Source of the DNA: Oscillospiraceae bacterium
GTDB lineage: Bacteria > Bacillota > Clostridia > Oscillospirales > Oscillospiraceae
Reading direction: 5' to 3'
DNA: 64,000 nucleotides
Assembly (NCBI GenBank): GCA_022793095.1
Contig: JAAWCD010000002.1
Coordinates: 13,037 to 77,036 of the forward strand
Shown: positions 44,094 through 56,403 of the stretch, piece by piece
Layout: each line of letters starts with the position of its first letter
Numbering within the stretch: the first letter of the stretch is position 1
Program-made: the position numbers and the translations under genes
Notes under the pieces: model-generated
Databases searched by the model: none
The model's input: only the letters and a program-made list of their open reading frames with translations
What the model was told of the DNA's origin: nothing

Positions 44094-45434
44094 TCATTCT
44101 TCTATGTCTTCATCCTCAGACTCGTCTTCTTCCAAGTCCTCAGCTTCCTCCAGCGCTTCGGATTCTTCCATACCGTCAGACTCCTCCGAACCAGCAGATT
44201 CCTCCGGGACCTCCAGAAGATCTTCATCCTCCATGGCCTGCGCCTCCTCAGCCTTCGCGGCCTTGGCCTTCAGCGCGGCCTCCATGGCCTCCTCATCCAC
44301 CGGGTGATCCGGGTCCTGGTAAGGGGTCACGCCGCCGAACCGGTCCGGGTCATAGGACCGGCCCCGGGCGTAGGCCCGAAGTCCAATCCGGCCCGCCTCG
44401 TTGGTGGGGCCCTTCTTCTTTTCGAGCTTGACAGGCTTTTTCTTTCCCTTGCTCTTTTTGAGCTCCTCTGCCTCCTGGAGCCGCTTCAGCCGCCGCTCCT
44501 CCTTCAGCCGCTTTTCCTCTTCCTTTTCCAGGCGCTCCTGCTCCTCCCGCTTGGCCGCCATCTCGGCGTACTCCTTCCGGAGAATCCGGGCGCAAAGCAA
44601 ATCCTGAAGCATCATGAAAACAGCGTTGGCCGCCATATAAATACACATGCCGCCAGGCATGATGTAGCCGAACCACAGGTAGGTCAGCGGCATGATGATC
44701 ATCATCTGCTTGGAGGTGGCGTCAGCGGCGGGGTTGCTCTCGTTCTTGTTAAAGCTGTTGGTCTTCATGCTGACCCGGGAAGAGAGCACGTTGAGCAGCG
44801 TAACGAAAACCGGAATCAAAAAGAGGCCGATCGTGGGCCAGTCAAAGGGCCCCTCCCAGATTTTCCAATTGGGCACACCGGCCAGGTTGATGCCGAGGAA
44901 ATGGAAGTCCATGGTGAACAGCTTGCTCCCAGCCTCGCCCAGCGCAGTCCGGGCCGCGTCCATATACTGGGGCTGGTTGAGAAGGTCGGCCACGAAAATT
45001 TCCTCGTAGCCGGAATTTCCCTTAAAGACAGCGCCGGCGCCTTCCACCGCTTTGATGACGGTATTCACCTGATCGACGGTCAGTCCGGCCAGATAATAGA
45101 GGGGCTGTCGAATGATGCCGTACAGTCCAATGAGGATAGGGAAGGGGATCAGGGACCACAGACAGCCGCCCATGGGGTTGACCTTTTCCTTTTCGTAGAG
45201 CTTTTGCAGCTCCTCCTGATAGCGCTGTTTATCTTTGCCGTACTGTTTTTCCAGCTGCTTCATTTTGCCCTGGAGGGAGGTTGTTTTCATCATGCTCCGC
45301 TTGCCCTTGATGGACAGTGGGAACAGGACCACCTTAATGACCAGGGTAAAGAGCACCAGAGCCAAGGCGTAGCTGTGAGTCAGATTGTAAAAGGCCAGCA
45401 GCAGCCACGCAAAGGGTTTTAAAATAATGTCCAT
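44094..45434 (-). CDS. yidC: YidC/Oxa1-family membrane insertase with a ~160-aa charged C-terminal tail
   Basis: MDIILKPFAWLLLAFYNLT..., conserved YidC core. GGAGG precedes the ATG at 45434. Confidence 0.92.
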   Translation of the reverse strand: MDIILKPFAWLLLAFYNLTHSYALALVLFTLVIKVVLFPLSIKGKRSMMKTTSLQGKMKQLEKQYGKDKQRYQEELQKLYEKEKVNPMGGCLWSLIPFPILIGLYGIIRQPLYYLAGLTVDQVNTVIKAVEGAGAVFKGNSGYEEIFVADLLNQPQYMDAARTALGEAGSKLFTMDFHFLGINLAGVPNWKIWEGPFDWPTIGLFLIPVFVTLLNVLSSRVSMKTNSFNKNESNPAADATSKQMMIIMPLTYLWFGYIMPGGMCIYMAANAVFMMLQDLLCARILRKEYAEMAAKREEQERLEKEEEKRLKEERRLKRLQEAEELKKSKGKKKPVKLEKKKGPTNEAGRIGLRAYARGRSYDPDRFGGVTPYQDPDHPVDEEAMEAALKAKAAKAEEAQAMEDEDLLEVPEESAGSEESDGMEESEALEEAEDLEEDESEDEDIEE

Positions 45435-45458
45435 GTAATAGCCTCCAAAGTTTCTTCC

Positions 45459-45501
45459 CTTCTTTTCTGGAATGAAAAGAAGCAAAAGAACTTCAAACTG
45501 G
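45459..45501 (-). repeat. family A unit A18
   Basis: CTTCTTTTCTGGAATGAAAAGAAG + CAAAAGAACTTCAAACTGG. Confidence 0.9.
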
Positions 45502-45595
45502 CGTACCGCGGCAGTTTTCAAGGAGCGCTTTGCCCTCAGGACGGCCCGGCGGGGTCATTGGGCTCTACAGAGCTGCGCTGACTGACAGATAACCG

Positions 45596-45639
45596 CAGTT
45601 TAAAGTTCTTTTTGGTTCTTTTTCTTTCAAGAAAAAGAC
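45596..45639 (+). repeat. family A unit A19
   Basis: CAGTTTAAAGTTCTTTTTG + GTTCTTTTTCTTTCAAGAAAAAGAC. Its last base is part of the yidD stop codon. Confidence 0.9.
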
Positions 45640-45857
45640 TAGGGAACAGGGTCGTACTCGATGGTCTTTTGCCGGTGAAAGGGGTGGCATTTGCTCAGCC
45701 GGCGCACCGCCAGCCAGCCGCCTTTCCAGAAGCCGTACTTTTCAATGGCTTCCAGAGCGTAGGCCGAACAAGTGGGAATAAACCGGCAACAGGGCGGACG
45801 GCTGGGGGACACGTTGGTCCGATACCAGCGAATCAGCCAAAGAATCAGCCGCTTCAC
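45639..45857 (-). CDS. yidD: membrane protein insertion efficiency factor YidD
   Basis: (V)KRLILWLIRWYRTNVSPSRPPCCRFIPTCSAYALEAIEKYG. The GTG at 45857 overlaps the rnpA stop (GTGA). Confidence 0.88.
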   Translation of the reverse strand: MKRLILWLIRWYRTNVSPSRPPCCRFIPTCSAYALEAIEKYGFWKGGWLAVRRLSKCHPFHRQKTIEYDPVP

Positions 45858-46249
45858 GGCAGGTCCTTCTGCCGCAGGCCCAGCTTGTCCGCCATTTGCA
45901 GGAACGCACGCTCCAACTCCCAATAGGAAACATGAGCCGCCCGGACCCGAGCCACGATCACCAGGTCATACCCGGTTTTCAGCTCTCCGGCGTGGAGACG
46001 GTATATCTCCCGCAGACGGCGGCGGACCCGATTGCGGCATACCGCCTTTCCAACCTTGGTTCCCACGGTCAGGCCCAGCCGGTTATAGGACCGGCCGTTT
46101 CCCTTGCAGTATATTGCCAGCGTGGGTGTAACCCCATGCTTTCCCTTGTTGTAGAGCCTGCGAAACACATGATTTTGTTTCAGCGAAACAAAACACTTCA
46201 CGAAATTGGAAACCCCTTTCACACCCTCGGCCGGGTTCAGAAAAACCAC
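45854..46249 (-). CDS. rnpA: ribonuclease P protein component
   Basis: LKQNHVFRRLYNKGKH...VGKAVCRNRVRRRLRE (RNR motif). Synteny with rpmH. The start codon is uncertain (GTG options). Confidence 0.87.
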   Translation of the reverse strand: MVFLNPAEGVKGVSNFVKCFVSLKQNHVFRRLYNKGKHGVTPTLAIYCKGNGRSYNRLGLTVGTKVGKAVCRNRVRRRLREIYRLHAGELKTGYDLVIVARVRAAHVSYWELERAFLQMADKLGLRQKDLP

Positions 46250-46324
46250 TAGATGCTTTGCAGGGGCGGTAGGAATACTCCTCCGCCCCTCAAGTGCAGC
46301 ACTATTTTTCTGTCCAAACGATCA

Positions 46325-46459
46325 TCAATAGGTCAGACGGGCACGACCCTTGGCACGGCGGCGGGCCAGGACCTTGCGGCCATTCCGGGTAGACATTCTC
46401 TTACGGAAGCCATGCTCCTTGGAGCGCTGACGCTTTTTGGGCTGATAGGTACGCAGCAT
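46325..46459 (-). CDS. rpmH: 50S ribosomal protein L34
   Basis: My own translation: [44 protein letters not shown]. It is below the ORF-track size cutoff. Confidence 0.94.
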   Translation of the reverse strand: MLRTYQPKKRQRSKEHGFRKRMSTRNGRKVLARRRAKGRARLTY

Positions 46460-46559
46460 TTCGGTTACACCTCCTGAACTGATTCATACTCAACAAGCCG
46501 GCGGACCAAAGACCTCCGACCGTAGTTGTCATGATACTGTCTCACAATATACGTCGGTC

Positions 46560-46589
46560 ATTATACTCTACCCTTTACCTGTCTGTCAA
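46560..46589 (-). promoter_or_regulatory. sigma-A promoter of the rpmH operon
   Basis: Minus strand: TTGACA, an 18-nt spacer, then TATAAT. Confidence 0.6.
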
Positions 46590-46607
46590 GCGAAAATAAC
46601 TTTTTTC

Positions 46608-46645
46608 TCTCCTTTTTCTCGAAATAGAGGAGTACAAAGGTTCGT
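46608..46645 (-). repeat. family A-like degenerate unit A21
   Basis: CTCTCCTTTTTCTCGAAATAGAGGAG + TACAAAGGTTCG. Weak resemblance only. Confidence 0.35.
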
Positions 46646-46671
46646 TCATCAGACAGGCTTTCCGGTAAACT

Positions 46672-46714
46672 CAGTTTAAAGTTCTCTTGCTTTTTTTCTT
46701 GAAAGAAAAGAAGC
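46672..46714 (+). repeat. family A unit A20
   Basis: CAGTTTAAAGTTCTCTTG + CTTTTTTTCTTGAAAGAAAAGAAGC, about 155 nt upstream of dnaA. Confidence 0.85.
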
Positions 46715-46748
46715 AGCGAATTTTTTATTTTTCTCTGGCGAATTTTTG

Positions 46749-46777
46749 TTGTACTGAGGTCTTTTTTCTGGTATAAT
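46749..46777 (+). promoter_or_regulatory. putative dnaA promoter (extended -10)
   Basis: TTGTAC, a 17-nt spacer whose 3' end is TGG, then TATAAT. Confidence 0.45.
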
Positions 46778-46872
46778 TAGTTGGATATCTATTTTTATAA
46801 AGTATAGCCCACGGAGACGCCGCCCGCACAGCAAATCACGGTCCCGGCGACACGGGCGCAGGGAGGTTATGT

Positions 46873-48186
46873 ATGAATTCGGCCGCTGACATTTGGACCC
46901 GCATCCTGAGCATGCTGGAACAGGAGCTCACGCCTACCGCTGTCTCCACCTGGTTCGACGACGCTCAAGCTGTGGAGCTGGATAACTCCCGCTTTGTCAT
47001 CTATACGCCAACCAGTTTCAAGAAAGACATCATTCAAAGCAAGTATATCAAACCGATTCAAAACGCCCTCTACCAGATCTTTGCTGAGGAAATGGAGATT
47101 GCCGTCCTCACAGAAGGGGAACTGGAGGCCCGTCAGGAAAACCGGGAAAACAAAAACATCCTGCTGGGCAGCGAGGACTACACCTTCGAGCGCTTTGTCG
47201 TCGGCTCCTCCAACCGCTTCGCCTATAACGCCGCCTTAGCCGTGGCCGAGGCCCCTGCCGAACGATACAACCCCTTGTTTCTTTACGGAGAATCCGGTTT
47301 GGGCAAAACCCACCTTATTTACGCCATTTCCCATCGGGTCCGGTACAACCATCCGGAATTTCGAGTGGTCTACGTGAAAGGCGACGACTTCACCAACGAA
47401 TTGATTCAGGCCCTCCGCAGCGGCAAACAACCGGAATTCCGAGCTAAATACCGGGAAGCCGACCTTCTGCTGATGGATGATATCCAGTTCATCGCTGGCA
47501 AAGACTCCACTCAGGAAGAATTTTTCCACACCTTTAACACCCTTTACGAGGCAAAAAAACAAATCGTACTCACTGCCGACCGGCCTCCAAACGAAATGAT
47601 GCGGCTGGAAGACCGGCTGAGAACCCGGTTTGAACAAGGCTTGATTGCTGACGTTCAGCCACCAGACTACGAAACCCGCATGGCTATCATCAAAAACAAA
47701 GCCCTCCTGTTAGGGCTTGAGCTGCCTAACTCCGTTTTGGAGTACATCGCGGAAAATATCACTTCCAACGTCCGGCAGCTGGAAGGCACCATCAAAAAAA
47801 TTCTGGCTTACCGGGAACTGATGGGCGCTACTGTCGATACAGATACCGTAATCCGAGCGGTTCGGGATCTTCTGAAAGAAAAAGACTCCTTTATGCCCTC
47901 TCCTCAGGAGATCATTGAGGAGACAGCAAAGTTCTACGGCTTGGAGCCTGACGCTATCCGCAGTCAAAGCCGGACAAAGGACATCACCACTGCCCGGCAA
48001 ATCTCCATGTACCTAATCCGAAACATCACCAACATTCCTCTGGCCGATATTGGTAAAGAGTACGGCCGGGACCACTCCACTGTCATTCACTCTCTGGATA
48101 AAGTAGAAAAGCTGGTAAAAGAAGACCGGGAAACAGCTGAAGTCATCAAAGATATCAAATCCAACATCAACGCACGTTTCTCCTAA
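46873..48186 (+). CDS. dnaA: chromosomal replication initiator protein DnaA
   Basis: Full-length DnaA: AAA+ GESGLGKTHL, sensor motifs, and the C-terminal DNA-binding domain ...ADIGKEYGRDHSTVIHS. Confidence 0.97.
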   Translation: MNSAADIWTRILSMLEQELTPTAVSTWFDDAQAVELDNSRFVIYTPTSFKKDIIQSKYIKPIQNALYQIFAEEMEIAVLTEGELEARQENRENKNILLGSEDYTFERFVVGSSNRFAYNAALAVAEAPAERYNPLFLYGESGLGKTHLIYAISHRVRYNHPEFRVVYVKGDDFTNELIQALRSGKQPEFRAKYREADLLLMDDIQFIAGKDSTQEEFFHTFNTLYEAKKQIVLTADRPPNEMMRLEDRLRTRFEQGLIADVQPPDYETRMAIIKNKALLLGLELPNSVLEYIAENITSNVRQLEGTIKKILAYRELMGATVDTDTVIRAVRDLLKEKDSFMPSPQEIIEETAKFYGLEPDAIRSQSRTKDITTARQISMYLIRNITNIPLADIGKEYGRDHSTVIHSLDKVEKLVKEDRETAEVIKDIKSNINARFS

Positions 48187-48376
48187 TCCACCAGTTTTCC
48201 ACTTTTCCACAGAATTACACACAATTTTAATCCACATCCAGTAAAACTTTTCGGCACTGTGAAAAGTTATTCTATTTTTCCACAAAGATTTCAACATCTA
48301 TTTTTCCTAGCGCTTCAACTGTTTCCCGCTCTTTTCCACAAAAAATTCCCCTACTACTGCTATTACTAAAAATACT
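48184..48376 (+). other. oriC segment: DnaA boxes, DnaA-trio-like repeat and AT-rich stretch
   Basis: Boxes: TAATCCACC 48184, TTTTCCACT 48195, TTTTCCACA 48203, TAATCCACA 48228, TTTTCCACA 48276 and TTTTCCACA 48332. CTA CTA CTG CTA TTA CTA follows at 48351-48368, then AAAAATAC. Confidence 0.75.
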
Positions 48377-48462
48377 CTCTTTTCTTAGCCTCTTTCGCCT
48401 GAACTCCCACTGTTTCTCCCAACCTGCCTACAAAAGGTCTTTATGAAATGGAGGACCCATTC

Positions 48463-49578
48463 ATGAAATTTTCCTGTGAAAAAGCACTGCTACAATCCGC
48501 AATCAGCATTACATCCAGAGCCGTATCCCCAAAAAGCTCCATTCCCGCCCTGGAAGGTATCTTTTTAGAGGCGGGAAACGAACTCCGCCTCACCGGCTAC
48601 AACCTGGAAACCGGAATCCGAACCACAATTCCCGCCGAAATTACAGAGGAAGGCGCTCTGGTGCTCTCCGCCAGACTGTTCGGCGATATCATCCGTAAGC
48701 TGCCTGACGATATCGTCGTCCTTTCCTCTCAAAATTATACAGTCAATATCAAATGCGGCATGTCTGAATTCAATATTCTGGCTACCGATGCCGAGGAATT
48801 TCCAGAACTGCCTTCCGTCGACTACCAAAATACCCTGGAACTGCCTCAATCCACCCTAAAATCAATGATTAGCCAAACTCTGTTTGCCGTCAGCGACAAC
48901 GAAAGCCGTCCCATTCACACCGGATCACTCTTCGAGTTAAACGAGGAAACCCAACTTACGATTGTCTCTGTCGACGGCTACCGGCTGGCCCTCCGGCGGG
49001 AGCACGTCTCTAAAAAAACCGGATCAGAGGAATTTTCCTTTGTCGTACCTGGAGCCGCCCTGTCTGAAGTAGAAAAAATCTGTTCGGACACAGAAGATCC
49101 CGCTCTTATTATTCAGGGTGCGCGCCATATTATGTTCCAAATTGACAGTACCATCCTCATTTCCCGCCGGCTAGAGGGCGAATTCTTAGCTTACCGGCAG
49201 GCCATTCCCAGAAACAACCCAATTACCATCATAGGCGAGAAAAAAAAGCTCCTCTCCTCCATTGACCGGGTTTCTCTCATCATCACCGAAAAGCAAAAAA
49301 GCCCTCTTCATTGTACCTTCACTGACGGTCTTCTCAAAATCAAAACCAATACGGCCATTGGTAATGCCTACGATGAATGCGACATTGCCGGAGACGGTAA
49401 GGATCTGGAAATCGGATTCAACAACAAATATCTGATGGACGCCCTGAAAAACGCTCCCTCAGATCAAATCAAACTGGAACTGAATACCCCCATCTCCCCC
49501 TGTGTCCTCGTTCCCGCAGAAGGGGAAGAGATCTTCATTTATATGGTTCTGCCCGTCCGGCTGAAAGCCGGAGAATAA
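48463..49578 (+). CDS. dnaN: DNA polymerase III beta sliding clamp
   Basis: [37 protein letters not shown]... GGAGGA precedes the ATG at 48463. Confidence 0.96.
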   Translation: MKFSCEKALLQSAISITSRAVSPKSSIPALEGIFLEAGNELRLTGYNLETGIRTTIPAEITEEGALVLSARLFGDIIRKLPDDIVVLSSQNYTVNIKCGMSEFNILATDAEEFPELPSVDYQNTLELPQSTLKSMISQTLFAVSDNESRPIHTGSLFELNEETQLTIVSVDGYRLALRREHVSKKTGSEEFSFVVPGAALSEVEKICSDTEDPALIIQGARHIMFQIDSTILISRRLEGEFLAYRQAIPRNNPITIIGEKKKLLSSIDRVSLIITEKQKSPLHCTFTDGLLKIKTNTAIGNAYDECDIAGDGKDLEIGFNNKYLMDALKNAPSDQIKLELNTPISPCVLVPAEGEEIFIYMVLPVRLKAGE

Positions 49579-49598
49579 ATCACGTTGGAGGCATCTCC

Positions 49599-49811
49599 AT
49601 GCAGAAACAGACCATTTCCATCAAAACTGAATTTATCAAACTGGAAGCCCTTCTGAAATTTGCCGGAATCTCCATGACCGGAGGGGAAGCAAAACTCCTC
49701 ATTCAAGAAGGCGGCGTACGAGTCAACGGCTCTCCCTGCACTATGCGGGGAAAAAAGATTCGGGCCGGAGATACCGTGTCCCTGGAAGGCATGGAGTTGA
49801 CTATCCAATGA
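49599..49811 (+). CDS. yaaA: S4-domain RNA-binding protein YaaA
   Basis: 70 aa with [32 protein letters not shown]. Conserved position between dnaN and recF. Confidence 0.85.
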   Translation: MQKQTISIKTEFIKLEALLKFAGISMTGGEAKLLIQEGGVRVNGSPCTMRGKKIRAGDTVSLEGMELTIQ

Positions 49812-50911
49812 TCGTTCGTTCCATGGAACTGACAGGTTTCCGAAATTATACTTCACTGAAGACCGGATTTGCTTCAGGCACCAATGTCATCTACGGGGAG
49901 AACGCCCAGGGAAAAACCAATCTTCTGGAAGCCATTGGATATCTATCCTCCGCTCACTCTCACCGGGCCAGGTATGACAGAGAATTGATTCAATTCAATC
50001 AGGACTCCGCCTTACTCAAGGCGGAGCTCTTTTCCCGGAACCGGACCTTTCTTCTGGAGGCAAAGCTGATCCGGGGCGGGCGGCGGCAGCTGTTCTCTAA
50101 CGGGGTGCGGCTGAAAACCACTGCTGAACTGTCCGGAGTTCTTAACACGGTCCTTTTCTGTCCTGAGGATCTTTACCTCATTCGGGAGGGAGCCGCTGCC
50201 CGGCGGCGATTTCTGGACGACTGCATCAGTCAGCTCCGGCCCCGCTACGCTGCCGCCCTCGGAGAATATAAGCGGCTTTATGAGCACAAAACCCGGATTC
50301 TGCGGGATTGGGAAGAAAAAAAATCCCTGCTGGACACCTTGGATGAATTCAATTTCCGTATGGCCCAGACAGGGGCCCTCCTCATTCACTACCGGGCCCA
50401 CTTTATCCGCCGCTTACGGGAGACAGCGCCGCCGGTCCACTGGGATTTCTCCGGGGGAAGAGAGCATTTAGAGTTAAGCTACCAAACAGTAAGCACAATT
50501 CCTCACCCAGAAGCTCAGCCGAAAGAACTGCTTCCCCTGCTGCTGGAACATCAGGCTTCCCACCGGCGGGCAGAGCTGGAAAGCCGGTCCTGCCTGTCTG
50601 GCCCACATAAGGACGATTTAGCTGTTTCCCTCAACGGGATTTCCGCTAAAACCTACGGTTCCCAGGGACAAACCAGAACTGCCGCCCTGTCTCTTAAGCT
50701 GGCCAGCCGGGAAATTTTCTATCAGGATACCGGGGAATATCCGGTGCTGCTGCTGGACGACGTGCTCAGCGAGCTGGATGCCCGGCGTCAAGCCTTTGTG
50801 CTCAACCGCATTTCCGGCGGTCAAGTGTTTATCACCTGCTGCGAGGAAGAACGGCTGGAGCAGCTCACCGGAGGAAAAACCTTTCACATTCAGAACGGAG
50901 CCCTTATATAA
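49808..50911 (+). CDS. recF: DNA replication/repair protein RecF
   Basis: Walker [14 protein letters not shown], signature [16 protein letters not shown], Walker [12 protein letters not shown]. Confidence 0.95.
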   Translation: MIVRSMELTGFRNYTSLKTGFASGTNVIYGENAQGKTNLLEAIGYLSSAHSHRARYDRELIQFNQDSALLKAELFSRNRTFLLEAKLIRGGRRQLFSNGVRLKTTAELSGVLNTVLFCPEDLYLIREGAAARRRFLDDCISQLRPRYAAALGEYKRLYEHKTRILRDWEEKKSLLDTLDEFNFRMAQTGALLIHYRAHFIRRLRETAPPVHWDFSGGREHLELSYQTVSTIPHPEAQPKELLPLLLEHQASHRRAELESRSCLSGPHKDDLAVSLNGISAKTYGSQGQTRTAALSLKLASREIFYQDTGEYPVLLLDDVLSELDARRQAFVLNRISGGQVFITCCEEERLEQLTGGKTFHIQNGALI

Positions 50912-50932
50912 ATCAGAGAAAAGAGGTTATTC

Positions 50933-51256
50933 ATGGCTATGATTCTTGTCTTGCAGCTGGCAGGGATAGCTGCTGTTTCCGTGGCAGTCCTGCTTTGGCT
51001 GATATCCATTCCTCTTTGTGCCGGCATGCTGTTGCAGCTCATTTTTACCCTTGCCGGCCGGAATTCCTGGACCCTGTATCTGCCCGCAATTCTGGGCGGC
51101 TGTGGAGCTGTTTTATCTATTTTCTTTCTGCGGGAAACAATCCCAATGCTCTATCTTGGACTTTACTGGCTGATTTACTATTTTTGCCTGTGGCTGGTTT
51201 GGCTTGTTGTTACGCAGATTCAAAAAGCAATTGCCCGCTGGCGGGCCAGCCGGTAA
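50933..51256 (+). CDS. small hypothetical membrane protein
   Basis: 107 aa with three hydrophobic helices. AAGAGG RBS. Confidence 0.55.
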   Translation: MAMILVLQLAGIAAVSVAVLLWLISIPLCAGMLLQLIFTLAGRNSWTLYLPAILGGCGAVLSIFFLRETIPMLYLGLYWLIYYFCLWLVWLVVTQIQKAIARWRASR

Positions 51257-51272
51257 ATCGGAGGACAATTTC

Positions 51273-51608
51273 ATGTATCTTCACTTAGGTCAAACGACCG
51301 TGGTTCCCTTTCATGACGTAATCGGCGTCTTTGATTTGGATATCACCTCTCAGTCCCACATCACACGAGCTTTTCTGAGCCAAGCGGAGCAAAACAAAAA
51401 TGTGGTCAACGTCTCGGAAGAGCTTCCGAAAGCCTTTGTCCTCTGCCATTCCCCAGTAGGCGCGCGAGGACACGCACCAGGAGCGGCCGCCGGTATTCCA
51501 GAGCCCCATGCTCACCGGAGAAAAGAAAAACCGATCCACCGGATTTACATTTCTCAGCTTTCCTCCGCCACCCTGCTCAAGCGGGCGGAAAACGACAGCT
51601 TTGAATGA
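51273..51608 (+). CDS. remB: DUF370/RemB-like protein with an internal insertion
   Basis: MYLHLGQTTVVPFHDVIGVFDL...IYISQLSSATLLKR. Conserved position between recF and gyrB. GGAGGA RBS. Confidence 0.75.
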   Translation: MYLHLGQTTVVPFHDVIGVFDLDITSQSHITRAFLSQAEQNKNVVNVSEELPKAFVLCHSPVGARGHAPGAAAGIPEPHAHRRKEKPIHRIYISQLSSATLLKRAENDSFE

Positions 51609-51611
51609 TAG

Positions 51612-53600
<1,989 letters not shown>

Positions 53601-53613
53601 GGAGGGATTGGAA

Positions 53614-56130
53614 ATGGCAAAACAGGACGATTACCAGAGTAAGGATGTTTCCTTTCCCAATCAGAAGATTGTAGAAATCAACCTGGAAAAAGAGATGCAG
53701 AGCGCGTATATCGAATACGCCATGTCGGTCATCATCGGCCGGGCCCTGCCCGATGTGCGGGACGGCTTGAAGCCGGTTCACCGCCGTATTCTCTACACCA
53801 TGTATGAAAGCGGGCTGAGCAGCGACAAGCCCTTCAAAAAGTCAGCCACCTGTGTGGGCGACGTGCTGGGTAAATACCACCCGCACGGAGACGCTTCCGT
53901 TTATGACGCGATGGTCCGGCTGGCTCAGGATTTTTCCATGCGTTACCCCCTGGTGGACGGCCACGGAAACTTCGGCTCCGTGGACGGAGACCCCCCGGCC
54001 GCCTACCGTTACACCGAGGCCAGAATGGCCAAGATCTGCAACGAAATGCTGCGGGACATCGACAAGGACACCGTCGATTGGGACCCAAACTTTGACGAGT
54101 CCCTGAAAGAGCCTCGGATGCTGCCCTCCCGGTTCCCGAACCTGTTGGTCAACGGCTCTTCCGGTATTGCTGTGGGCATGACCACCAATATTCCCCCTCA
54201 CAACCTGCGGGAGGTCATCAATGCGGCTATCTGCGTGCTGGAGAATCCCAACGCGGAGTTGGACGATTTGATGGAACACGTCAAGGGTCCGGATTTTCCC
54301 ACCCGTGGCATTATCATGGGACGGTCCGGCATCCGGGCCGCCTATGGCACCGGCAAGGGCCACATCCGGGTCCGGGCCAGAACGGAGATGGAGGAGTTCG
54401 GCCAGAACCGGGTCAGAATCATTGTCACTGAGCTGCCCTATCAGGTCAACAAATCCCGGCTGGTGGAGAACATTGCCGAGCAGGTGAAGGACAAACGGCT
54501 GGAAGGCATCTCCGGCCTGCGGGATGAGTCCGACGGCAAAAAGGGTATGCGGGTGGTCATTGAGCTGAAAAAGGACGCCAATCCTCAGGTGGTGCTCAAC
54601 CGGCTCTTCGCCCAGACCCAGATGCAGACCACCTTCGGCGTTGTTTTGCTGGCCCTGGTCAACAACCAGAAACAGCCGAAAATTCTCACCCTCCGTCAGA
54701 TTCTGGATGAGTATATCGCCTTTCAGGAAGAGGTCATCACCCGGCGAACCATCTTTGACAAGCGGAAGGCGGAGGAGCGGGCCCATCTGTTGGAAGGTCT
54801 GCTTTTGGCCCAGGATCACATTGACGAGGTCATCAAAATCATCCGTGAAAGCTACAACGAGGCCAAGGAGCGGCTGATGGAACGGTTTGGCTTTGACGAT
54901 GTGCAGGCGCAGGCCATCTGTGACATGCGCCTCATCTCCCTTCAGGGCATGAACCGGGAAAAGCTTCAGGCGGAGTATGACGATCTGGAACAGAAGATTA
55001 AGTATTACAACGAGCTGCTGGCCGACCGGGAGATGCTTCGGGGCGTGCTCAAGGAGGAGATCATTGAGATCCGGGACAAGTATGGCGACGACCGGAAGAC
55101 AGAAATCGGCTTTGCTGAGGATGATTTGGACGTGGAGGACCTGATTGAGGAGGAGGAGTGTGTCTTCACCCTCACCCACGCGGGCTATATCAAGCGGCAG
55201 CCCGCCTCTGCCTATCGCGCTCAGCGCCGGGGCGGAAAGGGGATCACTGCTCAGTCCCTGAAAGAGGAGGACTATGTGGAGACCCTGTTTACCTGCTCCA
55301 CGCACGATTATATCCTCTTTTTCACCAACCGGGGCCGGGTCCATCGGAAAAAGGGCTATCAAATCCCGGAGGCCGGCCGGACCGCCAAAGGCACAAACAT
55401 TGTCAACGTGCTGCCTTTGGAAGGGGAGGAGCGGGTTACCGCCATGCTTCACGTTCGGGAGTTCACTGAGCACGAGTTCCTGCTGATGAGCACCAGAGCG
55501 GGCACGGTGAAGCGGATTACCCTGAATTCCATCAACACAGCCCGAAAGGCGGGCATCCGCTGTGTCACCCTGGAGGAGGGAGACGAGCTGATTTCGGTGC
55601 GGAAGACCGGCGGAAATCAGAACGTGCTTCTGTGTACCCGAAACGGTATGGCTATCTGCTTTGCGGAGGAAAATGTCCGCTGCATGGGACGGGACGCTGT
55701 GGGCGTTCGGGGTATCCGGCTCAGGGATGACGACTATCTGGTGGGCGCTGAGGTCTGCTCAGAGGGGGACTGCCTGCTCACCGTGACAGAGAACGGCTAT
55801 GGCAAGCGGACCCTGGTGGAAGACTACCTGAGAGGCGAGGGTGGACCCCAGAACCGGGGCGGCATGGGCCTGAAAAACTACAATATCACGGAAAAGACCG
55901 GGCCGGTTGCTGCGGTGAAGATGGTCACCAACGACGATGACATCATGATTATTTCCGATGACGGCACCATTCTGCGCACAGGCGCGGATGGGGTGAACAT
56001 CTACTCCCGTGTGACGCAGGGCGTCCGCATCATGAACGTGGCGGAGGGCGTTAAGGTCATTTCCCTGGCCAAGACCGAGAAAGAAGAGGAAGAGACTTCA
56101 GAAGAGGCGCCCGCGGCGGAAGAGGAATAA
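53614..56130 (+). CDS. gyrA: DNA gyrase subunit A
   Basis: Full-length GyrA ([10 protein letters not shown] active-site Tyr region, C-terminal beta-pinwheel). The ATG at 53614 lies 7 nt after GGAGGG. The track start at 53608 is a TTG. Confidence 0.98.
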   Translation: MAKQDDYQSKDVSFPNQKIVEINLEKEMQSAYIEYAMSVIIGRALPDVRDGLKPVHRRILYTMYESGLSSDKPFKKSATCVGDVLGKYHPHGDASVYDAMVRLAQDFSMRYPLVDGHGNFGSVDGDPPAAYRYTEARMAKICNEMLRDIDKDTVDWDPNFDESLKEPRMLPSRFPNLLVNGSSGIAVGMTTNIPPHNLREVINAAICVLENPNAELDDLMEHVKGPDFPTRGIIMGRSGIRAAYGTGKGHIRVRARTEMEEFGQNRVRIIVTELPYQVNKSRLVENIAEQVKDKRLEGISGLRDESDGKKGMRVVIELKKDANPQVVLNRLFAQTQMQTTFGVVLLALVNNQKQPKILTLRQILDEYIAFQEEVITRRTIFDKRKAEERAHLLEGLLLAQDHIDEVIKIIRESYNEAKERLMERFGFDDVQAQAICDMRLISLQGMNREKLQAEYDDLEQKIKYYNELLADREMLRGVLKEEIIEIRDKYGDDRKTEIGFAEDDLDVEDLIEEEECVFTLTHAGYIKRQPASAYRAQRRGGKGITAQSLKEEDYVETLFTCSTHDYILFFTNRGRVHRKKGYQIPEAGRTAKGTNIVNVLPLEGEERVTAMLHVREFTEHEFLLMSTRAGTVKRITLNSINTARKAGIRCVTLEEGDELISVRKTGGNQNVLLCTRNGMAICFAEENVRCMGRDAVGVRGIRLRDDDYLVGAEVCSEGDCLLTVTENGYGKRTLVEDYLRGEGGPQNRGGMGLKNYNITEKTGPVAAVKMVTNDDDIMIISDDGTILRTGADGVNIYSRVTQGVRIMNVAEGVKVISLAKTEKEEEETSEEAPAAEEE

Positions 56131-56136
56131 GGGGCA

Positions 56137-56403
56137 ATGGCGGGTTCTATTATTTCAACGATCACCATGTTCACTTCCGAATGGGTGACGCTGCTGGCTC
56201 TTTTTCTCTGCGCGGTGGTGTTTGTGCTCAGTCAGAAGGAGTTGCGGGAGCGGATTTGGAAAAAGATTTGTTTTTGGGACGGGCCAAAAAAGATGAGAAC
56301 CTCTTCTGACCCGAAATTGAAGCAGCTGATGGAGCTGAAGCGGGCGGGCCTGCTCAGCGATGAAGAGTATGAGGAAAAGCGGCAGGAGCTGCAAAGGAGG
56401 TGA
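56137..56403 (+). CDS. small membrane protein with C-terminal SHOCT-like motif
   Basis: N-terminal TM helix. [29 protein letters not shown]. Confidence 0.65.
   Translation: MAGSIISTITMFTSEWVTLLALFLCAVVFVLSQKELRERIWKKICFWDGPKKMRTSSDPKLKQLMELKRAGLLSDEEYEEKRQELQRR

Noticed and set aside
46460-46872. DnaA boxes in the rpmH-dnaA intergenic region.
   Set aside because: No 9-mer within 2 mismatches of TTATCCACA or TTTTCCACA was found by eye on either strand. Only the promoters and family A units were seen there.
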